Positions 18,402-29,608 of a stretch of DNA of 64,000 bases are shown piece after piece. The notes beneath the pieces were generated by a model. It saw only the letters and a program-made list of their open reading frames with translations, ran no database searches and was not told where the DNA came from. Source of the stretch: Spirochaetia bacterium. GTDB taxonomy: Bacteria; Spirochaetota; Spirochaetia; DSM-16054; Sediminispirochaetaceae. Numbering within the stretch: position 1 is the stretch's first letter; each line of letters opens with the position of its first letter. The translations under genes were made by a program, and so were the position numbers. The stretch is from assembly GCA_034520965.1 (NCBI GenBank), contig JAXHMY010000008.1, positions 192,001 through 256,000 on the forward strand, given 5' to 3'.

Positions 18402-20225
18402 CTACTTGCTGTTACTAAATACTTCTATATGGAACTTCGCCGAATCTAAGAGGTGCTGATAAACCCGTTGGGAACTTTGTAGGTTTTCTTGTAGATTTTG
18501 GCTGGATGATAATTCATCTTGGATCTGCTCAAGTACGGGGTTAATCAAAAATCCGACTACATGACGGCTTGCGGAGAGCAGCAGTTTTTGATCCAGAGTA
18601 TCCAGGGTATACAACGTTTCCTGGATTTTGGAGCGACTCAGCTGGTCATCGGAATAGCCTTCAACTCCGGCTATTACCCGTAAACCTTGTTGTGCAATGC
18701 TTTTCAGGCTGTGAAGTTCTTCGATAAGAGAATTGATCCGCCCCTGCAGCTGTTCTGCTCTTTTTTTTTGGTCCCGCTGCTGTTGAGCGGTATATAATTG
18801 AAGAGCGCGATCTATTTGCCGATCAATTACAGGACGGGATGGTGGGAGTTTCAGCAGCTGAGATATTGTGGCCAATTGTATCCCCGGTATTTTTACTCCC
18901 TTTGGCGAAAGGGTAAAAGTGCTGCCCGAGTCCTTTGCTATCTGTTCTTCAAACCACTGTCGATATATAATAAGCCGCCGGTCGGTTAAAGTAAGGCCGC
19001 CGCCGTAGTTTTCGTGGTAGAAGGGATCGCCGCTATGAAGGTAGTTAAAAATAAGTCCTTCGTAAGGCCTGAAGCGGTACGAGTGAGTAAACAGCAACTG
19101 TTCGAAAAAGCTGCCGCAATAGTGGGTCCGTTTTTCCGGAAAACCCAAGTCTAAACCGCTTAAATATATTTCATCGGCACCTATGTAGCGAGCAAAGTCC
19201 CAGGCGGTAGTGGTAACTGAACCACCGGCTCCCAACTTATGGGCTGCCTCATCTCCCGGCTCCAGGTATCCCCCGAGGGGAAACACCGAGCCGCTGAAAA
19301 AAACAGCCCGGTAAGAATTTTGAAAAACCCGAGAATGAGTGGCGGATTCTGAAATAAGAATGGTTGCTTGTAAATCAAGTCCATCGAGATGGCGGGTGTT
19401 CCAGTACTGGGGGTCAACTACAAGGGTAAAGTCGGGGGTAACTCCATTGCGCAAAAGGGCTCGCAATGAGGTGTCTGTAGCGATTAAAACCATCCGTTGC
19501 TGCAGCTGCTTCAAATCGGGAAGCACTGCATCCAGAGTCGGCCCGGCCGCAATGACCAGAGCCGGTATTCCCCGAAGGAGATCCCTAAGCTGATTCAAGT
19601 TTCCAGCCATAGCCATTGTGTCCAGGTTTTGAGCGAGATTACGAATCCATCTACGTCCGAAACGCTTCACGGTGGTACTGTTCACTCTCTTTCGTGATCG
19701 CTCGGCTTCAACGATGCTGTGAGCAAGGGAGTAATAATCGGGAGCGGTCTGTGTAATCGGCAGCAGAGGGATAACCGCATGGTTTCTGCTGATCAGTGGC
19801 GAGAGAGCTGCTCTCAAATCCGTGACTCCCAGCCCAATGAGCAACGAGGTCTTTTCGTTGAACAGAGACGTATAGTCACGGGCTGTGAGGGCTTTCAGAA
19901 AAAGTTCGGGGCTCTGCTCAACAATAATTGCCTCGCCCTGGGGAAACCTGCGAAAAAACTCCTCAATTTGATAACCAAGGCCAAAACCAAAAAAGATACA
20001 GGCCGGCGTAAGAGGCTCACTATTGTTATCAAGCAGACGTGCCGCTTCCCTGCACGGATTATGCTTTGAATGGATCCATCGGCCCTCAAGTTGTGCGGTA
20101 GCTGCGTGCTGTGCCGATACGCCGATAGATAAACTTTCCGACGGATGGAATCGTGCAAAAACTTCTGTACTTAGTTTAGGAAACAGCTGTACCAGATGCC
20201 TGCGGTTCTGTTCAAAGAAGTTCAT
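18402..20225 (-). CDS. Motility-associated factor (Maf/DUF115) glycosyltransferase family protein
   Basis: WIHSKHNP, FGFGLGY, VIAAGPTL, PDFTLVVDP, GGSVTTTA, LSGLDLGF motifs. Confidence 0.85.
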   Translation of the reverse strand: MNFFEQNRRHLVQLFPKLSTEVFARFHPSESLSIGVSAQHAATAQLEGRWIHSKHNPCREAARLLDNNSEPLTPACIFFGFGLGYQIEEFFRRFPQGEAIIVEQSPELFLKALTARDYTSLFNEKTSLLIGLGVTDLRAALSPLISRNHAVIPLLPITQTAPDYYSLAHSIVEAERSRKRVNSTTVKRFGRRWIRNLAQNLDTMAMAGNLNQLRDLLRGIPALVIAAGPTLDAVLPDLKQLQQRMVLIATDTSLRALLRNGVTPDFTLVVDPQYWNTRHLDGLDLQATILISESATHSRVFQNSYRAVFFSGSVFPLGGYLEPGDEAAHKLGAGGSVTTTAWDFARYIGADEIYLSGLDLGFPEKRTHYCGSFFEQLLFTHSYRFRPYEGLIFNYLHSGDPFYHENYGGGLTLTDRRLIIYRQWFEEQIAKDSGSTFTLSPKGVKIPGIQLATISQLLKLPPSRPVIDRQIDRALQLYTAQQQRDQKKRAEQLQGRINSLIEELHSLKSIAQQGLRVIAGVEGYSDDQLSRSKIQETLYTLDTLDQKLLLSASRHVVGFLINPVLEQIQDELSSSQNLQENLQSSQRVYQHLLDSAKFHIEVFSNSK

Positions 20226-22093
20226 TCAAACTCCAAAATTAACTGCATGTTTTCAGTTACCGGAGTACCCGGCGGAGGGTTCTGGGACTCGACCCATCCT
20301 TCGCCTCGAAAAACAACATCAATATCTTCGTGGGAGAGCAAGGGCAGCAGACGGCGTTTGGATATTCCCCTAAGGTCAGGCAGGCTGCTTCCTATCTCAA
20401 TCTGAGGCTGCTGCTTAAGTTTTATAACCCCCGAATGTCGGATAACTTCATCATTTTCGGTGGGTATCCCCATATAGGGGATCAGTTTTAGACCCAGCTC
20501 CTTGATCATGGGGGCGGCAATTCTTCCCCCGTAAAACTCATCCCCTTGGGGAGTGTCGATTACGATATAGGTGATCAGTCTAGGATCGTCGGTCGGATAA
20601 ATTGCCAAACAGGAGGCAACAAAAGAGCTTTCGGAGTAGTTCCCGGTGCGCGGATCAACTTTTTGGGCGGTACCGGTTTTGGCGGACATCCGGATACCAT
20701 CGATTCTTGCCCGGTGTGCGGTTCCACCATCGGCAGTGACAGTTTCCATCATCAAAAGAGTAGCTTCAGCAACCTCCGGCCGGACAGCCTGTCGGATAGG
20801 TTCACGTTTGTTTTCCTGTATAATTTTCCCGTCGGGAGACACGATTTTTTTCACTATATGCGGCTGCAATAGCATTCCCCGGTTGGTGAACGCGCTCGCG
20901 GCGGTGAGCATTTGAACTGCTGTAACGGATATTTCCTGACCAATCGCAACGGTAGGTTTGGTACGCCCCGACCACCTTTCAGCTTCACTGAATATTCCCC
21001 TTGTTTCACCAGGAAAGGGTAAATGGGTTTTGCTTCCAAATCCGAATTCGGTGATTTGTCGGTGAAAATCTTCTTTACTCACCAGATCAGAGGCATAGGC
21101 AGCGCCGGCGTTGCATGAGTACTGCAGAATTTTCTGTGCATTGACTGTTCCGTGAGTTCCTAGACAGTTAATATGCACCGTCTCGGCGTTTGGAAATTCC
21201 CGTTCGTAATAGCCGTTGCAGTAAAACTCGGTATCCGGTGCCAGTGCCCCGAGTTCTAAGAGTGAGGCAATTGAGTAGATCTTAAATACCGATCCCGGTT
21301 CGTACGCGTAAGTGATGGGGCGGTTTTTTTTAGCAAAAACATCAGTCCGGTTAAAGGTATTCGGATCAAAATCCGGTGAATTTGCCCATCCCAAAATATC
21401 TCCGTTACGGGCATCCATCACTAGGACCATCACTGAATTTGCATCGTGTTCTTCGTAGGTTTTCCGGGCAACTTCCTCAGCCATATACTGAATATTGAGG
21501 TCAAGGGTAAGAAAGAGTTGGTTGCCGTATTTTACCGGTGCGCTGTCTTCGGTTTCGGCCGGGGGGGCCAGAGTATCATTGTAGGTAAGTTCGATGCCAT
21601 CCAGCCCGACATTGTCGGTACCTACAAAACCTAATACATGAGCAGCTAAATCTTGCTCAGGATAGTTACGACCGTACTCCGGTTCCAGGGAAATACCGGG
21701 CAGCTTGCGGGCGGCAATCAGCCTTTGCACTTTCTCATGGGTGCTGGGTGAGACTTTTCGTTTGATGTACAAAAAGCCTCGACTCTGCTCAATACGGCGT
21801 TTAAGCATTTCAGTGTCAAGTTTAAGAAGAGGGGCCAAAGTTTCGGCAGTATACGCAGGATTTTCTATGTTTGGAACCCAGGCGGTAACGGAGAACAGCC
21901 GGGTCTGCATAGCTAAGATGCGACCGTTTCTATCCAGAATCGGACCACGTTCAGATGAAGTCTGAACGGTCCGTTCAGGTGCTGCTTTATCCGGTTCTAA
22001 TACCATCACTTTAAAATATTGAGCAACCAGCAGAAGCACGAATACTGTAAAAAAAATTATAACTATTCCGAATCTTCTAGTAGCTTTCGACAT
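20222..22093 (-). CDS. ftsI: Class B penicillin-binding protein FtsI/PBP3 with PASTA domain
   Basis: RGPILDRNG; EPGSVFK (SxxK), SCN (SxN), KTGTAQ; C-terminal PASTA-like VESQNPPPGTPV. Confidence 0.88.
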   Translation of the reverse strand: MSKATRRFGIVIIFFTVFVLLLVAQYFKVMVLEPDKAAPERTVQTSSERGPILDRNGRILAMQTRLFSVTAWVPNIENPAYTAETLAPLLKLDTEMLKRRIEQSRGFLYIKRKVSPSTHEKVQRLIAARKLPGISLEPEYGRNYPEQDLAAHVLGFVGTDNVGLDGIELTYNDTLAPPAETEDSAPVKYGNQLFLTLDLNIQYMAEEVARKTYEEHDANSVMVLVMDARNGDILGWANSPDFDPNTFNRTDVFAKKNRPITYAYEPGSVFKIYSIASLLELGALAPDTEFYCNGYYEREFPNAETVHINCLGTHGTVNAQKILQYSCNAGAAYASDLVSKEDFHRQITEFGFGSKTHLPFPGETRGIFSEAERWSGRTKPTVAIGQEISVTAVQMLTAASAFTNRGMLLQPHIVKKIVSPDGKIIQENKREPIRQAVRPEVAEATLLMMETVTADGGTAHRARIDGIRMSAKTGTAQKVDPRTGNYSESSFVASCLAIYPTDDPRLITYIVIDTPQGDEFYGGRIAAPMIKELGLKLIPYMGIPTENDEVIRHSGVIKLKQQPQIEIGSSLPDLRGISKRRLLPLLSHEDIDVVFRGEGWVESQNPPPGTPVTENMQLILEFE

Positions 22094-22107
22094 ATTGTTT
22101 TGCCCGC

Positions 22108-22599
22108 CTAGTTATATCCCATTACCCGCCCCTCTATGCGACTTACATCTATAAGCCCATAATAACGGGAGTCCAGGGACACCTTACGGTTATCCCCGAG
22201 GAGAAATACTTTTCCCTCAGGTATCGCCTCCAAATTCAAAAGTTCAGTTGCATGAATTTCACTGATCGGAATGTGTATGTTACCAATTATAAACATATTT
22301 TCCTCACGCTGCACTGCTGTTCCAGCGGCTCCAACACAGCGTTTTACTACTGGAAGAGAGTGAGCCGGTTCTCTGAAGAATACAAGCTCATGCTGTTTAA
22401 TTCTACCCCACCGAATAATATATCCTTTGCTCCAAGGCAGTCTGGCCCCATACGCCCAGCGATATATAAAAATTGTCTGGTCTGACCTCAAAGTTGGAAA
22501 CATAGAGTCCCCATCGATATACTTTACATCATAAAGTGAGATTGCTGCAAAGCAGACTCCAAGGGCTATAAGTACTATGTGTGTAAAGGGTGATTTCAT
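22108..22599 (-). CDS. lepB: Signal peptidase I
   Basis: GDSMFPTL (Ser), VVKRC (Lys), GDNRKVSLDSRYYG. Confidence 0.9.
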   Translation of the reverse strand: MKSPFTHIVLIALGVCFAAISLYDVKYIDGDSMFPTLRSDQTIFIYRWAYGARLPWSKGYIIRWGRIKQHELVFFREPAHSLPVVKRCVGAAGTAVQREENMFIIGNIHIPISEIHATELLNLEAIPEGKVFLLGDNRKVSLDSRYYGLIDVSRIEGRVMGYN

Positions 22600-22671
22600 A
22601 AACTGTCCTACAAAAGTGAGAACTAATATTAATATGTAAGTTCCGTTTTGTCGATATGAATATTAAGAGTT

Positions 22672-23904
22672 ATGAGCAAAACAGTTTTTACTAACCATGG
22701 ATTAACTATGCAGCGTATACAGAAAATAAGAAGAAAAACACGTCGAAATTCTTTGGTGGAGAAGGCTACACTTCTACGGCGGCAATCTGTTCGCAAGGGG
22801 AAGTTAAAAACGCTCATCCCTAAGCATAAGTGTAAGCCCAAAGCCAAAGCAACTAAAACAACCCGTATAACCCTCAAAATTCCTAAAATGAAGTTGCCGA
22901 AGTTGCCCAAGTGGTTGAAGCTAAAACTTCCAAAACAACTCAAAATAGATGAGCATAAGTTGTTTTTAACCGGTACAGGTGTATTAGTAGTAGGGCTTCT
23001 TGCCTTGGGGGCTCTGCAGCTGGACGGCAGTTTTTCCCAGGCGGAGGAGTTTCAGCTGAACTTACCTGAAAGCAGCGGTACTATAAGCGGTGAACTTCTT
23101 GCTTTTGCTTCTCCGGAATCTGAATCGCGTGGTTCTGGTGATATTACTTTTGGGGATCGTCCGATTGTGACTTCTGTAAGTACCAACTCTTATGTGGTGC
23201 AGCGAGGAGATACCCTGTCTGAGATAGCGGCGGAGAACAATCTGGATGTAGGGACGTTGATAAGTTTTAATAAAATCGATGATGTCCGGCGCTTGATTGC
23301 AGGCAGCGAAATTACTATTCCGGACATTGATGGGGTGCCTTATACGGTGCAGCGAGGTGATTCGCTGGAGAAGATTTCCAACCGCTATGAGGTTTCACTG
23401 GAAAATTTATTAGATGCCAATGATCTGCAGACGGACCAAATTCAACCCGGTCAGAAGCTGTTTATTCCGGGTGCGGCGATAAGTGAATATGAGTATAAGA
23501 AGGCGATGGGTACTCTGTTTATTTATCCTACCTCCGGCCGGCTTACCTCCGGTTTCGGCTATCGATCCGATCCTTTTACCGGAGTGCGTCGCATGCACTA
23601 CGGTGTCGATTTAGCCAACCGTACCGGTACCATTGTGAAAGCTACCATGGCCGGTCGGGTGGTAGCCGTGGGAAATCAGACACGGGGCTATGGAAAATAT
23701 ATAGTTGTTAAACATAACCATGGATATCAGAGTCTCTATGGACATCTGAGTACCATTGAGGTCAGTCAAAATCAGTACATCTCACAGGGGCAGCGACTTG
23801 GCCTGATGGGCAACAGCGGCCGCAGCACCGGCTCCCATCTGCACTTCTCGCTGTATAAAAATAATGTGCCGGTAAACCCTCTGGGTGGATACCTATATAA
23901 ATAA
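22672..23904 (+). CDS. Membrane-anchored LysM x2 + M23 endopeptidase
   Basis: YVVQRGDTLSEIA and YTVQRGDSLEKIS LysM domains; HYGVD, YGHL and GRSTGSHLHF M23 motifs. Start uncertain. Confidence 0.9.
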   Translation: MSKTVFTNHGLTMQRIQKIRRKTRRNSLVEKATLLRRQSVRKGKLKTLIPKHKCKPKAKATKTTRITLKIPKMKLPKLPKWLKLKLPKQLKIDEHKLFLTGTGVLVVGLLALGALQLDGSFSQAEEFQLNLPESSGTISGELLAFASPESESRGSGDITFGDRPIVTSVSTNSYVVQRGDTLSEIAAENNLDVGTLISFNKIDDVRRLIAGSEITIPDIDGVPYTVQRGDSLEKISNRYEVSLENLLDANDLQTDQIQPGQKLFIPGAAISEYEYKKAMGTLFIYPTSGRLTSGFGYRSDPFTGVRRMHYGVDLANRTGTIVKATMAGRVVAVGNQTRGYGKYIVVKHNHGYQSLYGHLSTIEVSQNQYISQGQRLGLMGNSGRSTGSHLHFSLYKNNVPVNPLGGYLYK

Positions 23905-23930
23905 GCCGGGCAAAGAAGCCCGGCTCTATT
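23904..23930. terminator. Hairpin between the convergent M23 gene and secA
   Basis: AGCCGGGC-aaagaa-GCCCGGCT followed by CTATTTTATT. Confidence 0.65.
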
Positions 23931-23944
23931 TTATTGTCCGTATT

Positions 23945-26674
23945 TTACTTTCCGTGGCAATGCTTGTATTTTTTTCCGCTTCCACAGGGGCAGGGCTCGT
24001 TACGGCCGACCTTCGGTACGGTTCGCTTTACCTGTGCCCCCTGGGGTTGAGACCCTCCCCCTGAAGGGGCTGCTGCCGGTACCCCTCCGGCGGCAAATTG
24101 ACCCAACTGCTTATGACTGGCCGCTGCGGCAGCAACCGGCTGCCTTCTGCGGGCTTGCTCCGGCTGCTTGATTTCAACATTAATTATCATTCTAGCTATT
24201 TGGCTTCTGATGTTATAAATGAGGGTGTCGAATATATCGAAACCTTCCAGTTTGTATTCGAGTAACGGGTTTTTTTGTCCGTAGGTGCGCAGATAAACCG
24301 CTTCGCGCAGGGCTTCTAATTCATCCAGATGGTCCTGCCAGCGCTGGTCGATCTGCCGGAGGTAGTTGTACCGGATAAAGTCATTGAAGGGCTTTACTCC
24401 AACTGCATCTATCTTATCCTGAATCTCCCGGTCAATACGCGCTACAATCCTGTCTACTATATCCTCCTCCGAGTCCTTCAGCAGATCGATGTCGGAAAGA
24501 TCCGGCTGATGGTACATTTTTGCCTGGAACTCCTGTTCCAGGTCGACTTTGGCGGAATCAAGGTCCCCTCTATTCTGGGTATAGTTGTACACTACCTCCT
24601 CGGTCAGCTGACGGATAGTGCCGACAACCCGCTCTTTCAGGTTTGAATCCTTTAGAATTTCGTCCCGCTGACCATAAATGAACTTTCTCTGCTCGTTGAG
24701 CACATCGTCAAAATCAAGCAGATGCTTTCTTATTTCAAAGTTTCGTTCCTCAACACGGTTTTGGGCGCGCTCGATTGCCTTATTGATCAGCGAATGATAA
24801 ATCGGCTCTCCGCTGTCCATCCCGATTCGCCCCATAAGGCTCTTCAGATTGTCCTTCGCAAACAGGCGCATCAAGTCGTCGTCCAGGGAGAGAAAAAAGC
24901 GGGACTCCCCCGGGTCCCCCTGACGTCCGGAACGGCCGCGCAGCTGATTGTCGATTCGCCTGGATTCGTGCCGCTCCGTACCCAGAATGTAAAGACCGCC
25001 GAGCTGTTTGACTTCGTTGTAGTCTTTTACCCAGGACTGGTACTCTTTTTCATATGCTGCACGGAACTCCTCATGGGACGCTTCGGTGCCCGCTTTTCGG
25101 CGGGCCCGGAAATCGGGGTTTCCCCCCAGTTTTATATCGGTACCGCGTCCGGCCATATTGGTTGCAATGGTAACCGAGCCCTTGGCTCCAGCCTCTGCGA
25201 TAATGAGGGCCTCACGAGCATGGTTTTTGGCGTTGAGTACCTCGTGCTGAACTCCCTTTTTCTTGAGCAGTGATGAAAGATGTTCCGATTTTTCAATCGA
25301 AACCGTACCAACCAAGACCGGCTGTCCCTTCTGTTTCAGCCGTGCAATCTCATCACTAATCGATTCGTATTTGAACTTTTCATTGAGGTAGATAGCATCA
25401 TCCTGGTCAAGACGTACCATCGGGCGATTGGTCGGAATCACTACCACTTCAAGGTTGTAGATTTTTCCAAACTCCCGCGCCTCAGTATCGGCGGTACCGG
25501 TCATGCCGGAGATCTTATCGTACATTCGAAAGAAGTTCTGAAAGGTGATAGTGGCCAAGGTTTTATTACGTTTGGCTACTTTGATACCCTCTTTCGCCTC
25601 GATGGCCTGGTGCAGTCCTTCTGAGTAGCGCCGACCGGTGAGAATACGCCCGGTAAACTCATCGACGATTTCAACCTTGCCTTCCTGCACCACGTAATCT
25701 ACATCTTTCTGAAACATGCGATGGGCTTTTACCGCCTGGGTGAAATAGTGAATGTATTCAAAATTATTATCGGTAAACAGTGAATCCTGAATGACTTTAT
25801 GCTTCAGCAGCAGCTGCTCAATGTGGTTCATACCTTCCTCGGTGAAGGTTACCCGTTTTCCCTTCTCATCCACCTTAAAATCACCCTCCGGCTCATCGGG
25901 GTATTCACCGGTCTCAGGCTCTTTATCGCACTCTTTAAGAAAGGGAACCAGGCGGTTTACATCCATAAACTTTCGGGTATCGTCTTCAGCCTGACCGGAG
26001 ATTATCAGCGGAGTTCGAGCCTCATCGATGAGGATCGAGTCGATTTCATCAATGATACAGTAGTTGTGGTCCCTCTGCACCTTTTCCTCCGAGCTCCACC
26101 GCATATTGTCGCGCAGATAATCAAAACCGAACTCATTGTTGGTTCCGTAGGTGATATCTTGTTTGTAGGCACTAATCCGATTCTGATTGTCCATCTGGGG
26201 CAGTACCGCCCCAACACTTAAGCCCAAATAGTTATAAACCGGTGCCATCCATTCGGCATCACGTTCGGCCAAATAGTCGTTTACGGTAACCACATGGACC
26301 CCTTTTCCGGGAACGGCATTTAGGTAGGCGGCGGTTACACTGGAGAGGGTTTTTCCTTCACCGGTTTTCATTTCCATGATTTTCCCGAAATGAAGGACAA
26401 TTCCCCCTAACAGCTGTACATCGTAGTGTCGCTCGCCAAGTACGCGCCGGGCTGCCTCCCGGACCATTGCGAATGCTTCAGGAAGCATTTTGTCCAGGGC
26501 CTCACCCTCCTGGTACCGTACGCGGAATTCCGCCGTTTTTTTTGGAAAATCATTCGGAGAGAGCTCCGCCGCCCAATTTTCCAGTTGATTGATTTGGTAA
26601 AGCATTGGGAGCATAGTCTTTAGGTCCTTTTCATGCTGGGACCCCATAATTTTATTTGTAATCTTCTGTATCAT
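23945..26674 (-). CDS. secA: Preprotein translocase ATPase SecA
   Basis: [57 protein letters not shown]. Start placed at MIQK (alternative 26719). Confidence 0.97.
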   Translation of the reverse strand: MIQKITNKIMGSQHEKDLKTMLPMLYQINQLENWAAELSPNDFPKKTAEFRVRYQEGEALDKMLPEAFAMVREAARRVLGERHYDVQLLGGIVLHFGKIMEMKTGEGKTLSSVTAAYLNAVPGKGVHVVTVNDYLAERDAEWMAPVYNYLGLSVGAVLPQMDNQNRISAYKQDITYGTNNEFGFDYLRDNMRWSSEEKVQRDHNYCIIDEIDSILIDEARTPLIISGQAEDDTRKFMDVNRLVPFLKECDKEPETGEYPDEPEGDFKVDEKGKRVTFTEEGMNHIEQLLLKHKVIQDSLFTDNNFEYIHYFTQAVKAHRMFQKDVDYVVQEGKVEIVDEFTGRILTGRRYSEGLHQAIEAKEGIKVAKRNKTLATITFQNFFRMYDKISGMTGTADTEAREFGKIYNLEVVVIPTNRPMVRLDQDDAIYLNEKFKYESISDEIARLKQKGQPVLVGTVSIEKSEHLSSLLKKKGVQHEVLNAKNHAREALIIAEAGAKGSVTIATNMAGRGTDIKLGGNPDFRARRKAGTEASHEEFRAAYEKEYQSWVKDYNEVKQLGGLYILGTERHESRRIDNQLRGRSGRQGDPGESRFFLSLDDDLMRLFAKDNLKSLMGRIGMDSGEPIYHSLINKAIERAQNRVEERNFEIRKHLLDFDDVLNEQRKFIYGQRDEILKDSNLKERVVGTIRQLTEEVVYNYTQNRGDLDSAKVDLEQEFQAKMYHQPDLSDIDLLKDSEEDIVDRIVARIDREIQDKIDAVGVKPFNDFIRYNYLRQIDQRWQDHLDELEALREAVYLRTYGQKNPLLEYKLEGFDIFDTLIYNIRSQIARMIINVEIKQPEQARRRQPVAAAAASHKQLGQFAAGGVPAAAPSGGGSQPQGAQVKRTVPKVGRNEPCPCGSGKKYKHCHGK

Positions 26675-26781
26675 ATAGAAAAATCCTGCCTTGCATAGAA
26701 CATTAAGTTTTAACAGCATACTATTTTACACAATAAGAGGGTATGTTTCTACCGGTGAGTTCAACGAATGACTTCATCGAA

Positions 26782-26811
26782 TTGACATTACTGAATTGTG
26801 AAGAGTACTAT
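26782..26811 (+). promoter_or_regulatory. Candidate sigma70 promoter, near-leaderless
   Basis: TTGACA, 18 nt spacer, TACTAT, then 8 nt to ATG 26820. Confidence 0.55.
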
Positions 26812-26819
26812 GGGGTAAG

Positions 26820-28056
26820 ATGAAACGACTAATTATTCTACTAACGCTGTTACCGGTACTATTTTTGTTATCCTGTCAGGTAGATGAGCAAAGGACCCTT
26901 GAACGGGAAAAGCTTTTTGAGCTTGAGATTGGTAAGATGGAAGACCAGCTTGATATGCTTCAGCTAAGAGGGATTCCCTTTAGACAGAAAAGCCGTATTC
27001 TCATGCGGAATGGACTGTTTTTTATCTCAAACGGAAGTTCGCAGAAAGTAATGGAGTTTACCAGTTACGGTGATATAGTATCGCTCTATTACAATCCCGA
27101 CCAGAATCCCGAACCCTTTCTGCTGAATGAAAACGCCCCTGATGACCAGCTCTCTAACAGACGGGCCTTCAAGTACCCATTTAAGGAGGTTGGCGAAATC
27201 GCAGTAACCTCCAACAAAACTCTGTTGGTAGAAGACCGTGTCTCTGAAATGCAGCAGGAATATGATAAAGAGATTCAGGCTATGTTGAACCGGGTGGTGC
27301 TTCGCTTCGATCAAAATGGACAAATGATTGATTATCTCGGAAGGGAGGGCAGCGGTGGAACCCCTTTTCCCTATATAGAATCGATCCAGGTAACTAATTC
27401 TGATCAAATTGTAGTCATATCCCGCTCAATTCAGCACTGGTTCGTGTACTGGTTCAATTCCCAGGGTTCACTTTTATACGAAGCGACAATCTCCCGGAGT
27501 AATCTCCCGGTGCCCGAAGGGCAAGAGCTTTTGCCCTCACTTGGATCCGTTTCTGCCGACACTGATGAACACCTGTTGTATTTAAAGATAGATTACTATG
27601 GTGGTGAAAGTACAGACACAGGGACTAAGCGAAATATTTATTTTCAACATTCCCGAATTTGGTGGTACGATCTTGAGAGCGAGAAATATGCGGGTTCTGT
27701 GACCGTGCCTGTCAGGACAGATGAATATCGTATATCAGAGTTTGAAGAGTCAAAAAAGATACGAAGCCTTTATGAATTAATGAGGTAATAGTCGCGGCAA
27801 TGTGTTTTTTTTGATGACCCATGATCATAACGAATTGTTTGAACTGCTGCTGCTGAGGCGTGACGGTACAGTTATTCAGCGCAACTATATTGAGATTCCA
27901 GAAGAATCGATTATGTACCGCGATTTCCACTTGAATCATGATGGCGTGCTATCAGCTATGCTGGTGCATGAATACAGTGCCGATGTAGTGTGGTGGCGAA
28001 CCGACCGGTTTTTGGAGGAGAAAAATGAAGATAGTTCAACCGCAGATAATGGCTGA
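26820..28056 (+). pseudogene. Spirochaetal lipoprotein (LIC_12708-like, probable beta-propeller) split by one extra base; probably intact in vivo
   Basis: Lipobox LLSC. Removing A27783 joins ORFs 26820-27788 and 27802-28056 as ...YELMGNSRGNVFFLMT.... Confidence 0.7.
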
Positions 28057-29608
28057 GATAGACCGGCTATCTGAGGAAGAATACGGTATACCGGGGCTTC
28101 TGCTGATGGAGAATGCCGGGATCAAAGCCTTCCGCCAGTTCTCTGTTGAGTGGGAGTTGAATCGTCCTTCTCAGAGGCGAGGGGGCTGCTCACTGGTATT
28201 TCTTGCCGGAGGTGGTAACAACGGGGGAGATGCATTGGTAATGGCCCGTCAAGCCTTCCTTGAGGCGACAGATGAAGTTACTGTTGTCTGTCGTGATGCA
28301 AAAAAAATGAACGAAGCTGCAGCTATTCACCTTGATATTGTGACAAAACTCGGTATACCGGTGCTGTTTTGGGCGGAAGATGAAAGTGAAGCCCGTTTGA
28401 AGATTCGCAGTGCAGATGTCCTGTTTGACGGTATTAGCGGTACCGGCATACGCGGGGCGCTGCGCGGAAGTGCTGCCGATATGGTAAAGGCTGTGAACGA
28501 AGAGAGCACCGGATATGTGGTGGCAGTCGATGTCCCCAGCGGCCTGGGCAGTGACTTCTTGGGAGAATATCCGGCTGTAAAAGCACATCTTACTCTGACT
28601 ATGGGCTTAGCAAAAGTCCCTCTATATACTCCTGCCGGTCGGCCTTATGCGGGGACTATTCGTACTGTAAAGCTTGGTTTTCCTCCACAGCTATTACAAA
28701 ACCCTCCTAAGCTTGAAGGTGAGGGGAGCGGAGAATTGCTGGAGGGTCTTGAAAGGCCTGCCTTCCAGGCACAGGATTACAAAAATGTTCGCGGACACGC
28801 AGCTATATGGGCAGGCAGTGTTGGAACGAGTGGGGCGGCGGCCTTGGCGGCGGAAGGGGCAGGTCGGGCCGGGGCAGGGCTAGTAAGCTTGTTCACAGAT
28901 CAGGAAATCTATCCCGTCCTGGCAGGCAAGCTTTCCGAAACAATGGTCAGTCCTCATAAGCCCATGCAGGCCGCTGATCTGAAAAGTTGCTATTCAGCCC
29001 TTTTAGCAGGCCCTGGATGGGGACAAGACTCCCGCAGTTCTATACTGCAGACATTATTGAAGAGCGAACTTCCCGGAGTAATAGATGCCGATGGTATCGG
29101 GATACTCAGGGAAATCTGGAATGAGCACGGAAGCAGCAAAGTGCAGAACTTGTCGGCAGGGCGCTGGATTCTCACTCCCCATCCGGGTGAATTCCTTGCA
29201 TTAGTCAAGGATAGTCCCTTTGAAATTGATAAACCGGGCCTTCTCTCTAATCCTCTGACTGCAGTTGTACCTGTAGCTCGAGAGCTCCAAATGGTGATAG
29301 TCCTAAAGAGTCATGTGGTCTGGATTGTATCTCCTGAAGGCAGGTTCGCTGTGGTAGACGGAATGAATCCGGCAATGGCAACCGGGGGATCGGGGGATGT
29401 CTTAGCCGGCATTATTACCGGCATTCTCGCTTCGGGAGTTTTTACCTTTGAGGCCGCCTGCAGAGGTGCTTTACTTCACCAGGCAGCCGGGCGTTTAGCT
29501 TATCGGACTAAGGGCTGGTTTTTAGCCGGAGATCTGGCACAGGCAGTCTCCCAAGTCTGGGTTGATCAAGCACGGGGAGACAAAGATGAATTCGCCGGAC
29601 AGTTCTGA
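28025..29608 (+). CDS. nnr: Bifunctional NAD(P)H-hydrate epimerase/dehydratase
   Basis: LMENAG, GGGNNGGD, AVDVPSG, VIDADG, LTPHPGEF, ATGGSGDVLAG. Confidence 0.92.
   Translation: MKIVQPQIMAEIDRLSEEEYGIPGLLLMENAGIKAFRQFSVEWELNRPSQRRGGCSLVFLAGGGNNGGDALVMARQAFLEATDEVTVVCRDAKKMNEAAAIHLDIVTKLGIPVLFWAEDESEARLKIRSADVLFDGISGTGIRGALRGSAADMVKAVNEESTGYVVAVDVPSGLGSDFLGEYPAVKAHLTLTMGLAKVPLYTPAGRPYAGTIRTVKLGFPPQLLQNPPKLEGEGSGELLEGLERPAFQAQDYKNVRGHAAIWAGSVGTSGAAALAAEGAGRAGAGLVSLFTDQEIYPVLAGKLSETMVSPHKPMQAADLKSCYSALLAGPGWGQDSRSSILQTLLKSELPGVIDADGIGILREIWNEHGSSKVQNLSAGRWILTPHPGEFLALVKDSPFEIDKPGLLSNPLTAVVPVARELQMVIVLKSHVVWIVSPEGRFAVVDGMNPAMATGGSGDVLAGIITGILASGVFTFEAACRGALLHQAAGRLAYRTKGWFLAGDLAQAVSQVWVDQARGDKDEFAGQF

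Noticed and set aside
22630..22657. Sigma-28 promoter upstream of the LysM-M23 gene (TAAT-N16-GTCGATAT)
   Set aside because: Both boxes carry a mismatch and the spacing is one base too long; too weak to call, though not excluded.
27777..27791. Programmed +1 frameshift at TTA-ATG-AGG-TAA
   Set aside because: There is no re-pairing slippery codon or upstream SD, and seven similar indels elsewhere make a sequencing error more parsimonious.
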